DNA of 64,000 nucleotides from a virus. The stretch is taken from positions 32,001 through 96,000 of IMG/VR virus record IMGVR_UViG_3300042691_037350, one strand, 5' to 3'. The position numbers were made by a program, and so were the translations under genes. Each line of letters starts with the position of its first letter. The first letter of the stretch is position 1. Positions 39,628 through 51,200 of the stretch are shown here, one piece after another. The notes below the pieces were generated by a model. That model saw only the letters and a program-made list of their open reading frames with translations. It had not been told where the DNA came from and did no database searches.

Positions 39628-39641
39628 TATCAGGAGAGTAA

Positions 39642-42600
39642 ATGGCATATTGTAATTTACCAGAAAAAATAGTAGGACCATATAATCAAGTATTATTTTT
39701 AGGGTGCAGTGTTTCCAATTTTAACTGCAATCTAGGTTGGGGCGCAGAACAAAGCACATTAAGTGTTAGCCTTGTAGAAGATAAGTGTTATCATCCACAA
39801 TCAAATGAATATGGTCAAGTAGATGCCAAGATAGATACGCTAGTACAACAAGACGATAATATTAAAGGAGGCAACGCATTCTATAAAAAATCTGATGGGT
39901 CTTACGAAACCAATGATCCAACAAAAGCTTTACATAAAAATATGGCTTTTGAAATGAAAAGTTTAGAAGACGCTAGAGATACAGAAAATATTAATCTGTC
40001 TGCTGATTTTAAAGATTATGGTAAAATATGTTATGATATTAATGGTAATAGAGTATATTGGACAGATCCTGATCCGATGTTCGTTGGATTGTCTGGGAAA
40101 TTTCATAATAGCGGTTTAGATATTTTGGGAACCCCTGTAAGATTCAAATTTAATAATTTTTCTTTTGGTGGTCTTGTTTCATCGTGGAAACAAAACGGAT
40201 CTCAGGGCGGTAGCAGATCTTTTGAGGTAGAAATTAAAAGTTTCGCCAGTCTACTTAACGGTTGTCAATTAATAGTGAGCAAATATGCTGGTACGGTTTG
40301 TGGAATAGTTCCTAATACCAATATTCCACAGAATCCAATTAATAAAGATGTGGCTATGCCAATGCCATATTCTATTGACAACTCAACAACGCCACCCACA
40401 TTTTCATTCTTTAATCAGAATGCGTCGATAGAACAAGGTAATATACCAAATGTTTTTAATATATATGGTTATCTAGAATATTTAGGTTATAAAAATAAAA
40501 TATATGGTAACGCTGGCGTAACGGATGAAGGCATTAGGGCGCAATATATTTATGATTCTTTAGTAACACTTTTGGGCCCAACCAATGAAAATCATCCTGA
40601 TAACAAATCACCATTCTCTCCTTATGGTGCAATAATATCCAGATCGGTAAGGGTTAATGGAACAGCACAGGAGCAGAATCCTCTTCAAGTTAAAATTTTC
40701 TCAACCAGTATTGGTGGATCAAGAGAGCTTAATTTAACTCATATGGGTATTTGTCCTAATGGTGTTGCCATAGATAACTATCGTAGATGTCGTATAAAAC
40801 TAGACTTATCAGAAGTACCCAGGCCACCTAAATGGTTAAGAATGCAGGGACCAGTGATAAGTTTAACACAATTTATAACAGAAGTCTGTGATGGTGCTGG
40901 GTTTGATTTTTTTATCGACTTTGTTTATCCTAATGAAGAACAGGTTGCTCAAAATATTTCTGGTATTATTAAAATCAGAACTGTATCTAGACGTAAACAA
41001 CCAAAAAAAGATCAAATCGATCAACTTATATCTTATTTAACCAATAATGGGGGTGTTACATCATATACTAAAGGTAAAGAATTTACAGACGTAAACACAA
41101 GAACAATGTATGTGGGAGGCAAACAAAAAAGACTTTTACAATTAAAATGTACACGATTAGCCTTTAAACAAAATACATTAGTTTATGACCCTTGGGCTAA
41201 TAATGGTAATGGAGCAATGATTGATTATGACCAAACAACGTCTTTGTCATCAACACCTAATCAATTAAGGATGCCAAACACTTCTTCTACCAGAATATAT
41301 TCTTTTAAGTACATGGGTGGAGCTGCTGTTGCTAGCCAATCATCAACATTTGATACTCCGGTCTATTTTACTACCCCAGCCGACTCTAGATCACTTAATC
41401 AAGGAAACTATTTTCCGGCAGTAAATTTAGCTGAAGCACAAGGATTTATAGGAAGTATCGGATCAATAGGTAAAAATGTAGAATTATTTAAAGATACTAT
41501 CTGTCCATATTTTGGTGTTGGTGCCAATGGATTGATACGTCCTGTATATTTTGATAAGTATATGGGACAAATGCAAATTATTTTCCAAACAGCAGACATA
41601 CAAAATTTAACATCCCTTCCACTTTCTAATTTTAATCCTTATCCCGCAGCGGGTATTGCCACAGCAACAACATCTAGTAGTCCTATATTTTTGGTTTTAG
41701 AGCATGAATTGAGAGCGGCTGGTGGAGGATTTAAATCTTGGCTAGATTATTGTTTTGGTAGTTTGTTTACTACTGATATTGCCGAAATTTTGTATAAAGG
41801 ATTTCGTGATAAATATGGTTTTGGTTTTATACCAGAAGGTTCTACTGCCATGTTTGCTGATTTGAAAAAAGAATTTTTAACTGGTATAAGTTTGATACAT
41901 GCTAAAGCTTCTCAAAAAACTATCATTAGGAACGGCAGACCAATGCAGGTCAACATATCCGATTTGGCGCCTCACTTCCAAGTTCTTTATAATGATTTAG
42001 AAAATATACATAAGTTTTTTGAAAGCATAGCTAGTGAATATTACGGTAAACAATTTATGGTAAGAATACCAGAAATAGCGTGGTATAGAGATTTATCTTA
42101 TGTTTATGATGATAATGATCAAAAAATAATTTTGGGTTATGATGAAGACAACAACCCAATCTATGCTATAGAAGGTGCTGGAAAAGTATATACAAATTAT
42201 TCCATATCAACAGATGGCGCCTGGGAAGAACCAGGTAACTATATAGATGATACTATGGTTGTGGGCAGTACGAGAGTATCTGCTATGTCTGACGAGTCCG
42301 GAAAAATTCCATGTATTCTAGGATTTAATTCGTCTTTAGAAAAAGATTATTCAAGACAGTGGAATAGACAACAATTTCTAGCGTCTTTAGCAACTAGAAG
42401 ATTCTCTGATATATCTCATCATTGTGTCACAGACTGGGAGCTAGTGCTACAAAAAATGTTAAGCGATCCAGATTTACAGGACGCAAATCATTATTTTATG
42501 TCATTAAAACACACTTTATCACCAGACGAATACGCGTTACTACCCTATATTGCACCAACGGTTACTATTAATAACGCACATGGTATTAACCTGTTAGATA

Positions 42601-43592
42601 TTCATAAATATAAATTATATGCAAAAGCTACACCTAGTTCTGATATTCAGTTTTTATCGCCAGATTATGCAGACCCGAGAGCCGTAGTTTCTTTATCATC
42701 ACCAGTTTTTATAGGTCAAGATAAACATGGCGTTGATTATAATGTCAATTCTATGTCTGTCCAAGACAGCTTATTAAGAATTGTAAATGGTGCTAGTTTA
42801 CCTTCTATTATGTCTAGTTTAGGTGTTAGTGCGATTAGTGTATTTACGGGGTCTACAACCATATTGGGTGGATTAGGACCAAATCCAATAGCAACATCTC
42901 TAATGGCTTCCAGTTTTACCGCCGCTGTTCGTAATCTACAACTTCAGCATGGCTTTGCTTGGGGTGAAAGGGCTAGAAGTCATGACGGGGTAGACTCTTT
43001 AGCATCTGATAGAATATTACCTAAAGCTGCTATTCCTATGTTTTGTGCTTTGCCTATTGAATTTAATGATTTTGTTTATGGTCCATGGATTAATCATCCT
43101 GGTTTAATTGCGTCCACTATTTTTCCCGATTCAACAGACCCCAATATTCATAGATTAGAAGTAGAAAATTTGGTTGGTGGAGTAAAAGTTAATGTTGATG
43201 AAAGTTTAGTGCCATGGAATTATGGTGGTATGACACCATTAGATGAGGCGGTTATGCTAAAAATCGCTGATGAGGTTAATTATCAACAAACTTTAGAAAT
43301 GGGCACAGTACAAATTCCAGGATTTGACAATTTTAGTTTAGGAGATATGATAAAATATTATGGTACTTTATTTGATGGTCCAATTATAAATAGTATTCAG
43401 GTACAAATAGGCGAGGGGGGAATTACTACTACCTACAACTTTAGAACATATGTGCGTAAATTAGGATTGTTTAATAAAGAAAGCTCTGAAAGAATTAAGT
43501 CTATTAATCAAGAAGCAATTAAACGAAATAAAGAAATTAATACTCAATTAATGCAATTATCGTCTAAAATAAGAACTTTTAGGATTTTATAA
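39642..43592 (+). CDS. Putative tail tip/baseplate hub protein
   Basis: 1,316 aa. N-terminal FLGCSVSNFNCNLGWG...LSVSLVED and C-terminal PIINSIQVQIGEGGITTTYNFRTY followed by a coiled coil, as in hub/Tal-like proteins. AGGAG RBS. Confidence 0.55.
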   Translation: MAYCNLPEKIVGPYNQVLFLGCSVSNFNCNLGWGAEQSTLSVSLVEDKCYHPQSNEYGQVDAKIDTLVQQDDNIKGGNAFYKKSDGSYETNDPTKALHKNMAFEMKSLEDARDTENINLSADFKDYGKICYDINGNRVYWTDPDPMFVGLSGKFHNSGLDILGTPVRFKFNNFSFGGLVSSWKQNGSQGGSRSFEVEIKSFASLLNGCQLIVSKYAGTVCGIVPNTNIPQNPINKDVAMPMPYSIDNSTTPPTFSFFNQNASIEQGNIPNVFNIYGYLEYLGYKNKIYGNAGVTDEGIRAQYIYDSLVTLLGPTNENHPDNKSPFSPYGAIISRSVRVNGTAQEQNPLQVKIFSTSIGGSRELNLTHMGICPNGVAIDNYRRCRIKLDLSEVPRPPKWLRMQGPVISLTQFITEVCDGAGFDFFIDFVYPNEEQVAQNISGIIKIRTVSRRKQPKKDQIDQLISYLTNNGGVTSYTKGKEFTDVNTRTMYVGGKQKRLLQLKCTRLAFKQNTLVYDPWANNGNGAMIDYDQTTSLSSTPNQLRMPNTSSTRIYSFKYMGGAAVASQSSTFDTPVYFTTPADSRSLNQGNYFPAVNLAEAQGFIGSIGSIGKNVELFKDTICPYFGVGANGLIRPVYFDKYMGQMQIIFQTADIQNLTSLPLSNFNPYPAAGIATATTSSSPIFLVLEHELRAAGGGFKSWLDYCFGSLFTTDIAEILYKGFRDKYGFGFIPEGSTAMFADLKKEFLTGISLIHAKASQKTIIRNGRPMQVNISDLAPHFQVLYNDLENIHKFFESIASEYYGKQFMVRIPEIAWYRDLSYVYDDNDQKIILGYDEDNNPIYAIEGAGKVYTNYSISTDGAWEEPGNYIDDTMVVGSTRVSAMSDESGKIPCILGFNSSLEKDYSRQWNRQQFLASLATRRFSDISHHCVTDWELVLQKMLSDPDLQDANHYFMSLKHTLSPDEYALLPYIAPTVTINNAHGINLLDIHKYKLYAKATPSSDIQFLSPDYADPRAVVSLSSPVFIGQDKHGVDYNVNSMSVQDSLLRIVNGASLPSIMSSLGVSAISVFTGSTTILGGLGPNPIATSLMASSFTAAVRNLQLQHGFAWGERARSHDGVDSLASDRILPKAAIPMFCALPIEFNDFVYGPWINHPGLIASTIFPDSTDPNIHRLEVENLVGGVKVNVDESLVPWNYGGMTPLDEAVMLKIADEVNYQQTLEMGTVQIPGFDNFSLGDMIKYYGTLFDGPIINSIQVQIGEGGITTTYNFRTYVRKLGLFNKESSERIKSINQEAIKRNKEINTQLMQLSSKIRTFRIL

Positions 43593-45223
43593 TGTACACC
43601 ACCTTACCCAATGTATTAGTAGGGATGAATTTTTTTGCTGTTCATAGAAGCGGAGAAATATCCAAACAACGACAGTTAGAATTTTCTCCAGAATGGTTAG
43701 AGAGACCATATAATCCGACTAATGATTTAGCATATACTCCGAAAGATTACCCACGAGTACAAACAAATATCAATTTAGAGTCTAATGAACAAGTCTCCTC
43801 AGAATTAATATCAGAATATTCTGCTAAATCTATGATGAGTTTAGACGGTTTATTCTCCCCCATATCATTTTATCCAACGCCATACAGCGCTACATTTAAT
43901 ATTACAAAATATCCCACCCCAAGTTGTCCATTTTGTTTTGGCACTAAATCTTATACTTATAAAGTTGAAAATGATGATATGCGCCTTAATATGCGTGGTG
44001 TTAAAGAAATATCGGATCAAGAAATAGACAAAACTAGAAGATGTCCATTTTGTGAAGCTATTAGCACCAAATTAGATAAATTACATTTGGGTGTTTCTCC
44101 TAGAGAAACCATGCCTCCATTTATTATCGCTAGTGGAGATGATTTAACTATTATATCTAAACTACCCTCTACAGGATCAAGTGGTATTCCCATTATCAAT
44201 TATGCAACACTAACTCCAGTTGTTCTTTCTGGTGGAGAATTCAGTAATTTTCAAAATAAACAAAGTGGAGATTTAACAGGTCATTGTATAGACCTGGTAG
44301 CTTTTGGTTTGACAGTTCCGAAAGATACAGACGGGTTGAGAGCGACTTTTTCTTCTAATATAAATAGATCATATGCCGACTACGATTTAAATTTAGTTTC
44401 TTGGAGACAAGATATTATAGACAAAGGTGTTCCAGTACCTGAAATACCACCCATATCAAACAATATGAGATTTTTTGGATTACGTGGACCAATTATGGTA
44501 CATGGCTGGGGGTATGATACCGAGGGATTCCCCGTGCCTAATTCTTCTGGCGAGCCATTAATTCAAAATGGACAACCTGTTAGGGATGGAGACGGTAATA
44601 TATTAGGCAAAAATCAAAAATGGATAAACACAGCTAATAGTGGATATTGGTCCAAGCCATACAAAGAGAATACCTTTTATAAGGGCTGGGCGCAACAACC
44701 CGGCTCTTGGCCCGTTGGACCAATCGATTTAAGATGGGACGATGTAGGAGGAGTTTGGACCGTTGGGGCTAGCTACAAGCCTGTTTATGTGGTCATAGAA
44801 GAGGATTTATTGGGTACTAGACCAACTAGAGGCGCATTGATAGATAGTACTTATGATAATAGTCCTTTGCCAGATGAATTAAGAAGACTAGTTTTTGTTA
44901 AAGATTCTTTGGGTATGTATCCAGCACCTCGCGGAGCAGCTCTTTATTGTAAGTACAATTCTAATAATGGTTTTTATGAGCCAATAGGACATAGGCCATT
45001 TGTAACATCTGGAACCATTTTATCTGCAAATACAGTAGAAATATACAAAATTTATACAAAGCCGAACAATCCTGATATTAGATTATCTGATGATCCCGAA
45101 CTAGAGAAATATGAAACCTTATATAAGAATCCTTTGGAGTATAATATTACTATAGGCGATACGGGACTATTTACATTCTTAGATGGATATTGGACTCTAT
45201 ATTCTTATAATCCAGATCGATAA
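43592..45223 (+). CDS. Tail-tip-associated protein with paired CPFC motifs
   Basis: 543 aa. CPFC at 43925 and 44042; LRGPIMVHGWGYD and WPVGPIDLRWD motifs; TAATG coupling to the upstream gene. Confidence 0.55.
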   Translation: MYTTLPNVLVGMNFFAVHRSGEISKQRQLEFSPEWLERPYNPTNDLAYTPKDYPRVQTNINLESNEQVSSELISEYSAKSMMSLDGLFSPISFYPTPYSATFNITKYPTPSCPFCFGTKSYTYKVENDDMRLNMRGVKEISDQEIDKTRRCPFCEAISTKLDKLHLGVSPRETMPPFIIASGDDLTIISKLPSTGSSGIPIINYATLTPVVLSGGEFSNFQNKQSGDLTGHCIDLVAFGLTVPKDTDGLRATFSSNINRSYADYDLNLVSWRQDIIDKGVPVPEIPPISNNMRFFGLRGPIMVHGWGYDTEGFPVPNSSGEPLIQNGQPVRDGDGNILGKNQKWINTANSGYWSKPYKENTFYKGWAQQPGSWPVGPIDLRWDDVGGVWTVGASYKPVYVVIEEDLLGTRPTRGALIDSTYDNSPLPDELRRLVFVKDSLGMYPAPRGAALYCKYNSNNGFYEPIGHRPFVTSGTILSANTVEIYKIYTKPNNPDIRLSDDPELEKYETLYKNPLEYNITIGDTGLFTFLDGYWTLYSYNPDR

Positions 45224-45225
45224 TT

Positions 45226-48200
45226 ATGAATAATAATTGTTCTATTTTTAAAAAAAGTTTATTTAAAGATGCTGATATATCTAGCTTTAATTTAGAACTA
45301 GACTGGCTCAAGGGATTGATACCAGAATATAATCCTTCATATAGTGGCATATGGCTACCGATAGTTATTAAACCGGACCAATCTTCAGTATCGTTTGTGG
45401 ATATTCTGTCTAGATCAGAATTAGAACAATCTCTTTTTGATCCCTGTAACTGTATCGCAGTCACCGGCGATTCTGGAGACGAAGAAGATCCAGAAAATGT
45501 TTCTTTAGACTGTTCTTATTGTTATAAGAATGGTATTAATTATACATTTTCTTGGCAATTAACTGATCAAAATTCTAATATAAGTAGTCCTCCTATATCT
45601 AGTAATTGTTGTAACGGTGCTTGTGACGCGAGAATGCTTAAAGATGATTATTTAGCTAAATTGCCAGTCTTAAATGCGTCATATATAACTAAGTTTTATG
45701 ACTGGAAAAATCAATTACAATTTCCAGCGTGTTCAAATAAAGGTTTGGGTTATGAGCATTTTGCTTTTACTAAAAAACTCGATTCATTTACTAATGATGT
45801 TCCTAAATTAATGATTGACTGGAAAATTAAAGAAAGAATATCAGAAATACCTCCTAATGATATTGATAGTTATCATCAAGACATAGACACTCATGAAAAA
45901 TCTTATACTAGGTCGTTGCTAAATAGTAAAACTTGTGGTAATTTTTTATTAACTAAATTACACCCATCATATGATAAAAACCCTATATATCCAGCCTTAA
46001 GTGGACTAATAGGAGATATTGCTATGACGGGTAATTTTTCTAAATTATTACCATCGGTATCTAATTTTAGTAAACCCTATGGTTTTAAAAACCAAGACCA
46101 TTACAATATTTTTGCAAAAACCGAGAAACTGGGCTCTTATTGGAAATGGAATTATAGTTCTGGTATTTTATGTTGGTATAGATATTTTGATATAGATCTT
46201 GATCCTAATGAAGACGATAGACTAATTAAGGGTGTAGACTTATATATTTCTGATGGCGATGTATTTTATGCTACAAATGACGGCCCAGAACCATTGCCAG
46301 TGGATCAAAATCAAACACCTCCAGATATTAAACTATGTCCCTCTGGTTTAAAATTAGTAAAAGACAATGCTGTTACAGGCATTATTCCAAGTGGGTCTGA
46401 ATTTATTTATATTTCTGAAAACCTATATAGTAAAGCTTATAGTATTATTGGAAGATTAGATGATTTAGAGGCAGCCCTAGATATACCGAATGCTGATAAA
46501 ATATCTCCAATTAATAAGCTTCAATTATCTTGCTTATTAGCCACCGGACCCAACTATTCAGAAGTTACTGTAGATCTATTGAAAACAGTACCTAATATTG
46601 ATGATCTTACTAAAGATTATTCTAGAGATTTATATAAACAAATTAAAATTTTTAATAGCGGAATGCTATTAAAGCAACAACACTCAGCAAATAAGTTAAA
46701 TATAGTAAAAACTAAAACAGACTTAATGAATACCTTGGCTAATAAATATGGATGTTATTTATGGTGTCCACCACATTCTACTATATCTTTAGACTTTAAG
46801 AAAGATTATGATCCACATTGTTATATAGATTTAGATTTTGAACCCGTTATTAAATATACCGATACTTTTTTTGGTCGCCAATGCACACCGCCTATTGATT
46901 GCTTAGATACAACCACAGAACGTAATTTTAGTTATGATCAAAAAGTTGTTGTTGGTGATTTAACCTTTAATACAAGCGTTGACAAACGATATAAAAGTCA
47001 AAACTGTGTTAGTGGCGACTTTACTATAGATAAAGCTGTTAATATTATTAGCGCCTATTTTAACGATCAACTGATTAAAGAACAAATATATGGTAGTGGT
47101 TGTAGTGTATTTTATCAAAAATATTTAAGACCCGTATCTTATGAATTAGCTTTAGATACTTTTGGAGAATCAATATGTTCAGTACATCGTCTTTGTGATA
47201 AATTGTTAGCTTTTAAATATAACAATGATAATAATTGGTTTGGAACTACTAATGAGTTAAAAGAAGGAAAATTCCTAGATGGATCGCTCATATTGGATCG
47301 TAGATATCCAGCTAATGCTAGCAATATTAATGTTGATAGAATAGGATTTCATAGAGACGGAGGCTTATACTATGATAGCAATAATTTAGGCTCAGGTAAT
47401 GTAATCTTTATTAAAGATGCCGAGAACAGCACCCGTGGATCATTTTCTATATCTTTTAGTACCAAAGATGTTGGTATTAAATTATACAATATAGAAATAT
47501 ATCATCTAAGAGATGCAACGTTTACTAATTGTAAAACATTTCCCTTAGATCATGCATGTAAGTGTTTTCCATTAAGTTCTGTAACGGGATATAGATATAA
47601 TTGTGACGGATCTTTAACTTTTAGTAACGAAAATGCTGTTTTATATACTCCCAATTTATCTACACAATCAAGTCCTATTTTAACAAGTTATGGTGGTTAT
47701 TCAACGCTGGAACTGACTAAAATTATAGGAGAACAACTATTACCGAATCATCCAGATCCAGGCGAGTTGTTGTCTACAGTGAATAGAATTATTGATCCTC
47801 TTAATCCCTATGGTTGCACTAAAGAAATTGCAGCATCTTTTCCTAGTTATGTTTATACAAATTGGCATATTGGATTGCCTAATTATAGTACCGATCATAC
47901 TGATGTATGGATGAAAGTTATTGAAAATGTAAGTTTATTTAATCCTACTATTCCAAAATATGATTATGAAACTGGTGAATTTGAAATTATTAATAACCCA
48001 TCTTATCGCAGATATACAACTAAAGCAGTAGTTAATGGCACAACAATATACAACTCTCAACAAAAAATATTATTTGATAAAGATACCAGTATTCCGGGTT
48101 CTTTTCAATTGGAGTTGACTAACCCCTTTTTATTTTCATTATTAAGTCAACTATCTGAAGATATGGAAAGGAATAAGCTGCTATATACTAATTTACCATG

Positions 48201-51200
48201 TTCTTTAGATACCACTAATAGAGATTCCTACTTAAATAATATTAATATAATATTTAAACAAGTACCTAGAAAGCAATTATTAAATTATAAATTACGTCCT
48301 ATTTCTTCAGCCGGAAATTTAGAAAAAATATTTTTTCATCCAAATAAAGGTATAGTTAAAAACACAGAATTATTTAATCTCACTTCTTTAATATATAATC
48401 CACAAGACTGTTCTTTTGATTTTGCTTATGAAAAAGAACTTTTTGAGAATGGTGCTAGAAACTATTCAGATAGTGGAGTAATGTTTTCTGGACACATATC
48501 AGATGATATACAACAAATTTTAGCCTTAAATGATAATTTATTAAATCATAAAAAATTAAGACTATATATTAAATATAATAATATTTGGTACGAGTATTTA
48601 AATCCACATATATTTGGTTTTCATAACAAATTTAATAATAATCTTTATCCTGGCCCACCCACCCTATTTGAATATACAAAGCACGACAAATATAAAACAC
48701 AGCTTAATATGGCTGAGTTTGTTGATGAACGATTGAATAGATCCCCCTTACCCAACATAACCTCTCCCTCACAATTTATTCCGGCATCAGCAAAAGTAAA
48801 TACAGAATTATTATATTTACATAATATTAAACCCACCGGAACGATTCATGGTTTATCAACGGAATTTTATCCAATTCTAACTAGTAATTTTAGACTAGAC
48901 AAAAACTCTAAGCGTAAAATTGTGCTTCAAGGATCTAGGCCATATTTTATGTTTGAAGAAAAAGATCCTGCAATTTTTATACAAGATATAACAAGAATGA
49001 ATAGTGATGAGCAAAACACTATTTTTAGAAATACATTTGTTGTGGATGCGAATGGTTATCGTTGGAGATATAAGGGAGAGGGAACAAAAACTAGCTTAGA
49101 TTCTTATGAATTAGTTCCTCCGAGAAACTATTTAGATGCAAATTTTCATGAATTATGGATAGATTATCTAAATAATAATGATGATGGCTATATAGCTAAC
49201 ACAGAATTACAAACAATTTCAACCGCAATCAAACTCATTGATAAAGATAATCCCAAAATTAATTATGAATACAATGTTATTTCCAAATCTCTATATGCAA
49301 AAAGAGTCAATAGGTTCGGAAACGATTTAGATAAATTTGCTTATATTAAAGAAAGAGAGCATTTAGATGTTTATACTATATTAGAAATAGATATTTGTAA
49401 AGAGTGCTCTCTAAAATTATCAGAGGGAATTGTTCAATTAGTGCTACCACAAGCAAATGCAGAACAACTGAATACAGACTCTTTTGTGGTTTTACAGAAT
49501 TTTAAAGATTCTCTTAAGGCAGAATCAGACACACTGTTAAGAAACAAATATTATGAAACTAAATGGGGCGATTTAATTAATTTTGATAATAAAACTTTTA
49601 AGGATCTAAACAACTCCAAAATTTTAAATCAAAATTTATCCAGACTCTATCCTTCATCATTATATGACAATATTTTATATAGTATATCTGTTAATAACTT
49701 AGATACTGGTAATTTTAGATTTTTAATTACATCTAAAAATAATATAACTAATACTATAAGTAGTGGTGTGACCAATTATGATGGACCCATATATTATAAT
49801 ATTCATCAAAAATATAACATTGGATTAGACAACTTATACCTATCGAGCACTATCAAGGATTATCAAAACTATTTACCTATTATTGATATTAATTTTATTA
49901 AAGGTGATAAAATTAAAAATCAATCATGGTCTAATAATTTAATACAAAATTTTGTTAATAATAGTATTTCTACAGGACAGTTATATATTAGCGGTATCAG
50001 ATCTTTTGTAGATAATACTTCTCTTGAGATAGACCCGCATAAGGTATCTACATTTTTTGTGTCTCTAGACAAAAATACCAAACTTAGACCTGTTTTATTT
50101 AACAAAGATTTTTATTATAACACATTACGAGTTGATGATGTTTATTATAGATTAATTTCTCTAGAACAAGAACAAATATTTAATACTAGTGGTTGCTCCA
50201 CAATATTTATGCCGAAAATAAACTTTTCTGCACAAACCTTTGCAGACTATTTTGATACAAACGGGTTCGATCTGTCTTCACCAATTATTAAAACTACTTT
50301 TGATACTCTACCGATATATTGCGACACGGATAAACCTGCTGAATTATGTGGAAATGAATCTTGTTCAATTAAAACTGCTGGCTTTACCAAGCTCAAGGCT
50401 GGATATCAACACTATAAGTACACCCATATCACGCCTAAAGATTTAGAGTCTGTAAATACCTTAGAATTTGCACTTTCTGTTGATGAGGGACTATATAATA
50501 CTGTTGGAGTTAATATGCTTCCTTATATTCAAAGATTTGAAATACCTCCAAATTCTAATTTATTTAATAATATTACTTTAGATGGTACGGATGATTGTGT
50601 TATAGGTTCAGATAACCGCCCAGCAAGACCACAAAATTATATAGACACAGAGTATCAAAATAAATTAATAGAATATATATTGTCAGAAAATAATAAGGGT
50701 GATTTGGTTAAAAATACAGATATTTTAGCTAATGAAATGTTATTTAGATTAATTTATGGATCTAAAGAAACAATATCTTATGATACCATTAAAAAGAAAA
50801 CAACGGCCGATCTAATTTTAGATAACACAAAAAAATCCATATCATACCTAGTACAATACTCTAGTCCAAGAACTACGGCAGATCTTATATATGATTTAAT
50901 ACCATACGACTACTCTATATCTTCCGATTCTTCAAAAAGAAAAATTAATGGCTCTATTAATATAGAAGGAGTATTATCTGTTGGTGCCAATGTTAGTGTT
51001 AATATTGGAGGATACTTAATATCTATTGCTATTCAAAATATTAATAATAAAATTTGTGCTGTTGCTTCTTGTAACGGTAAAACATATACCAGTCCATTTT
51101 TTGATACGCTGCCCACCACAGTATCCACAACGGCTGTAACAGCCGGTACAATATTATACCCACCAGATGAAAATAGTGATGTTGTAAAAATTACCACTTG

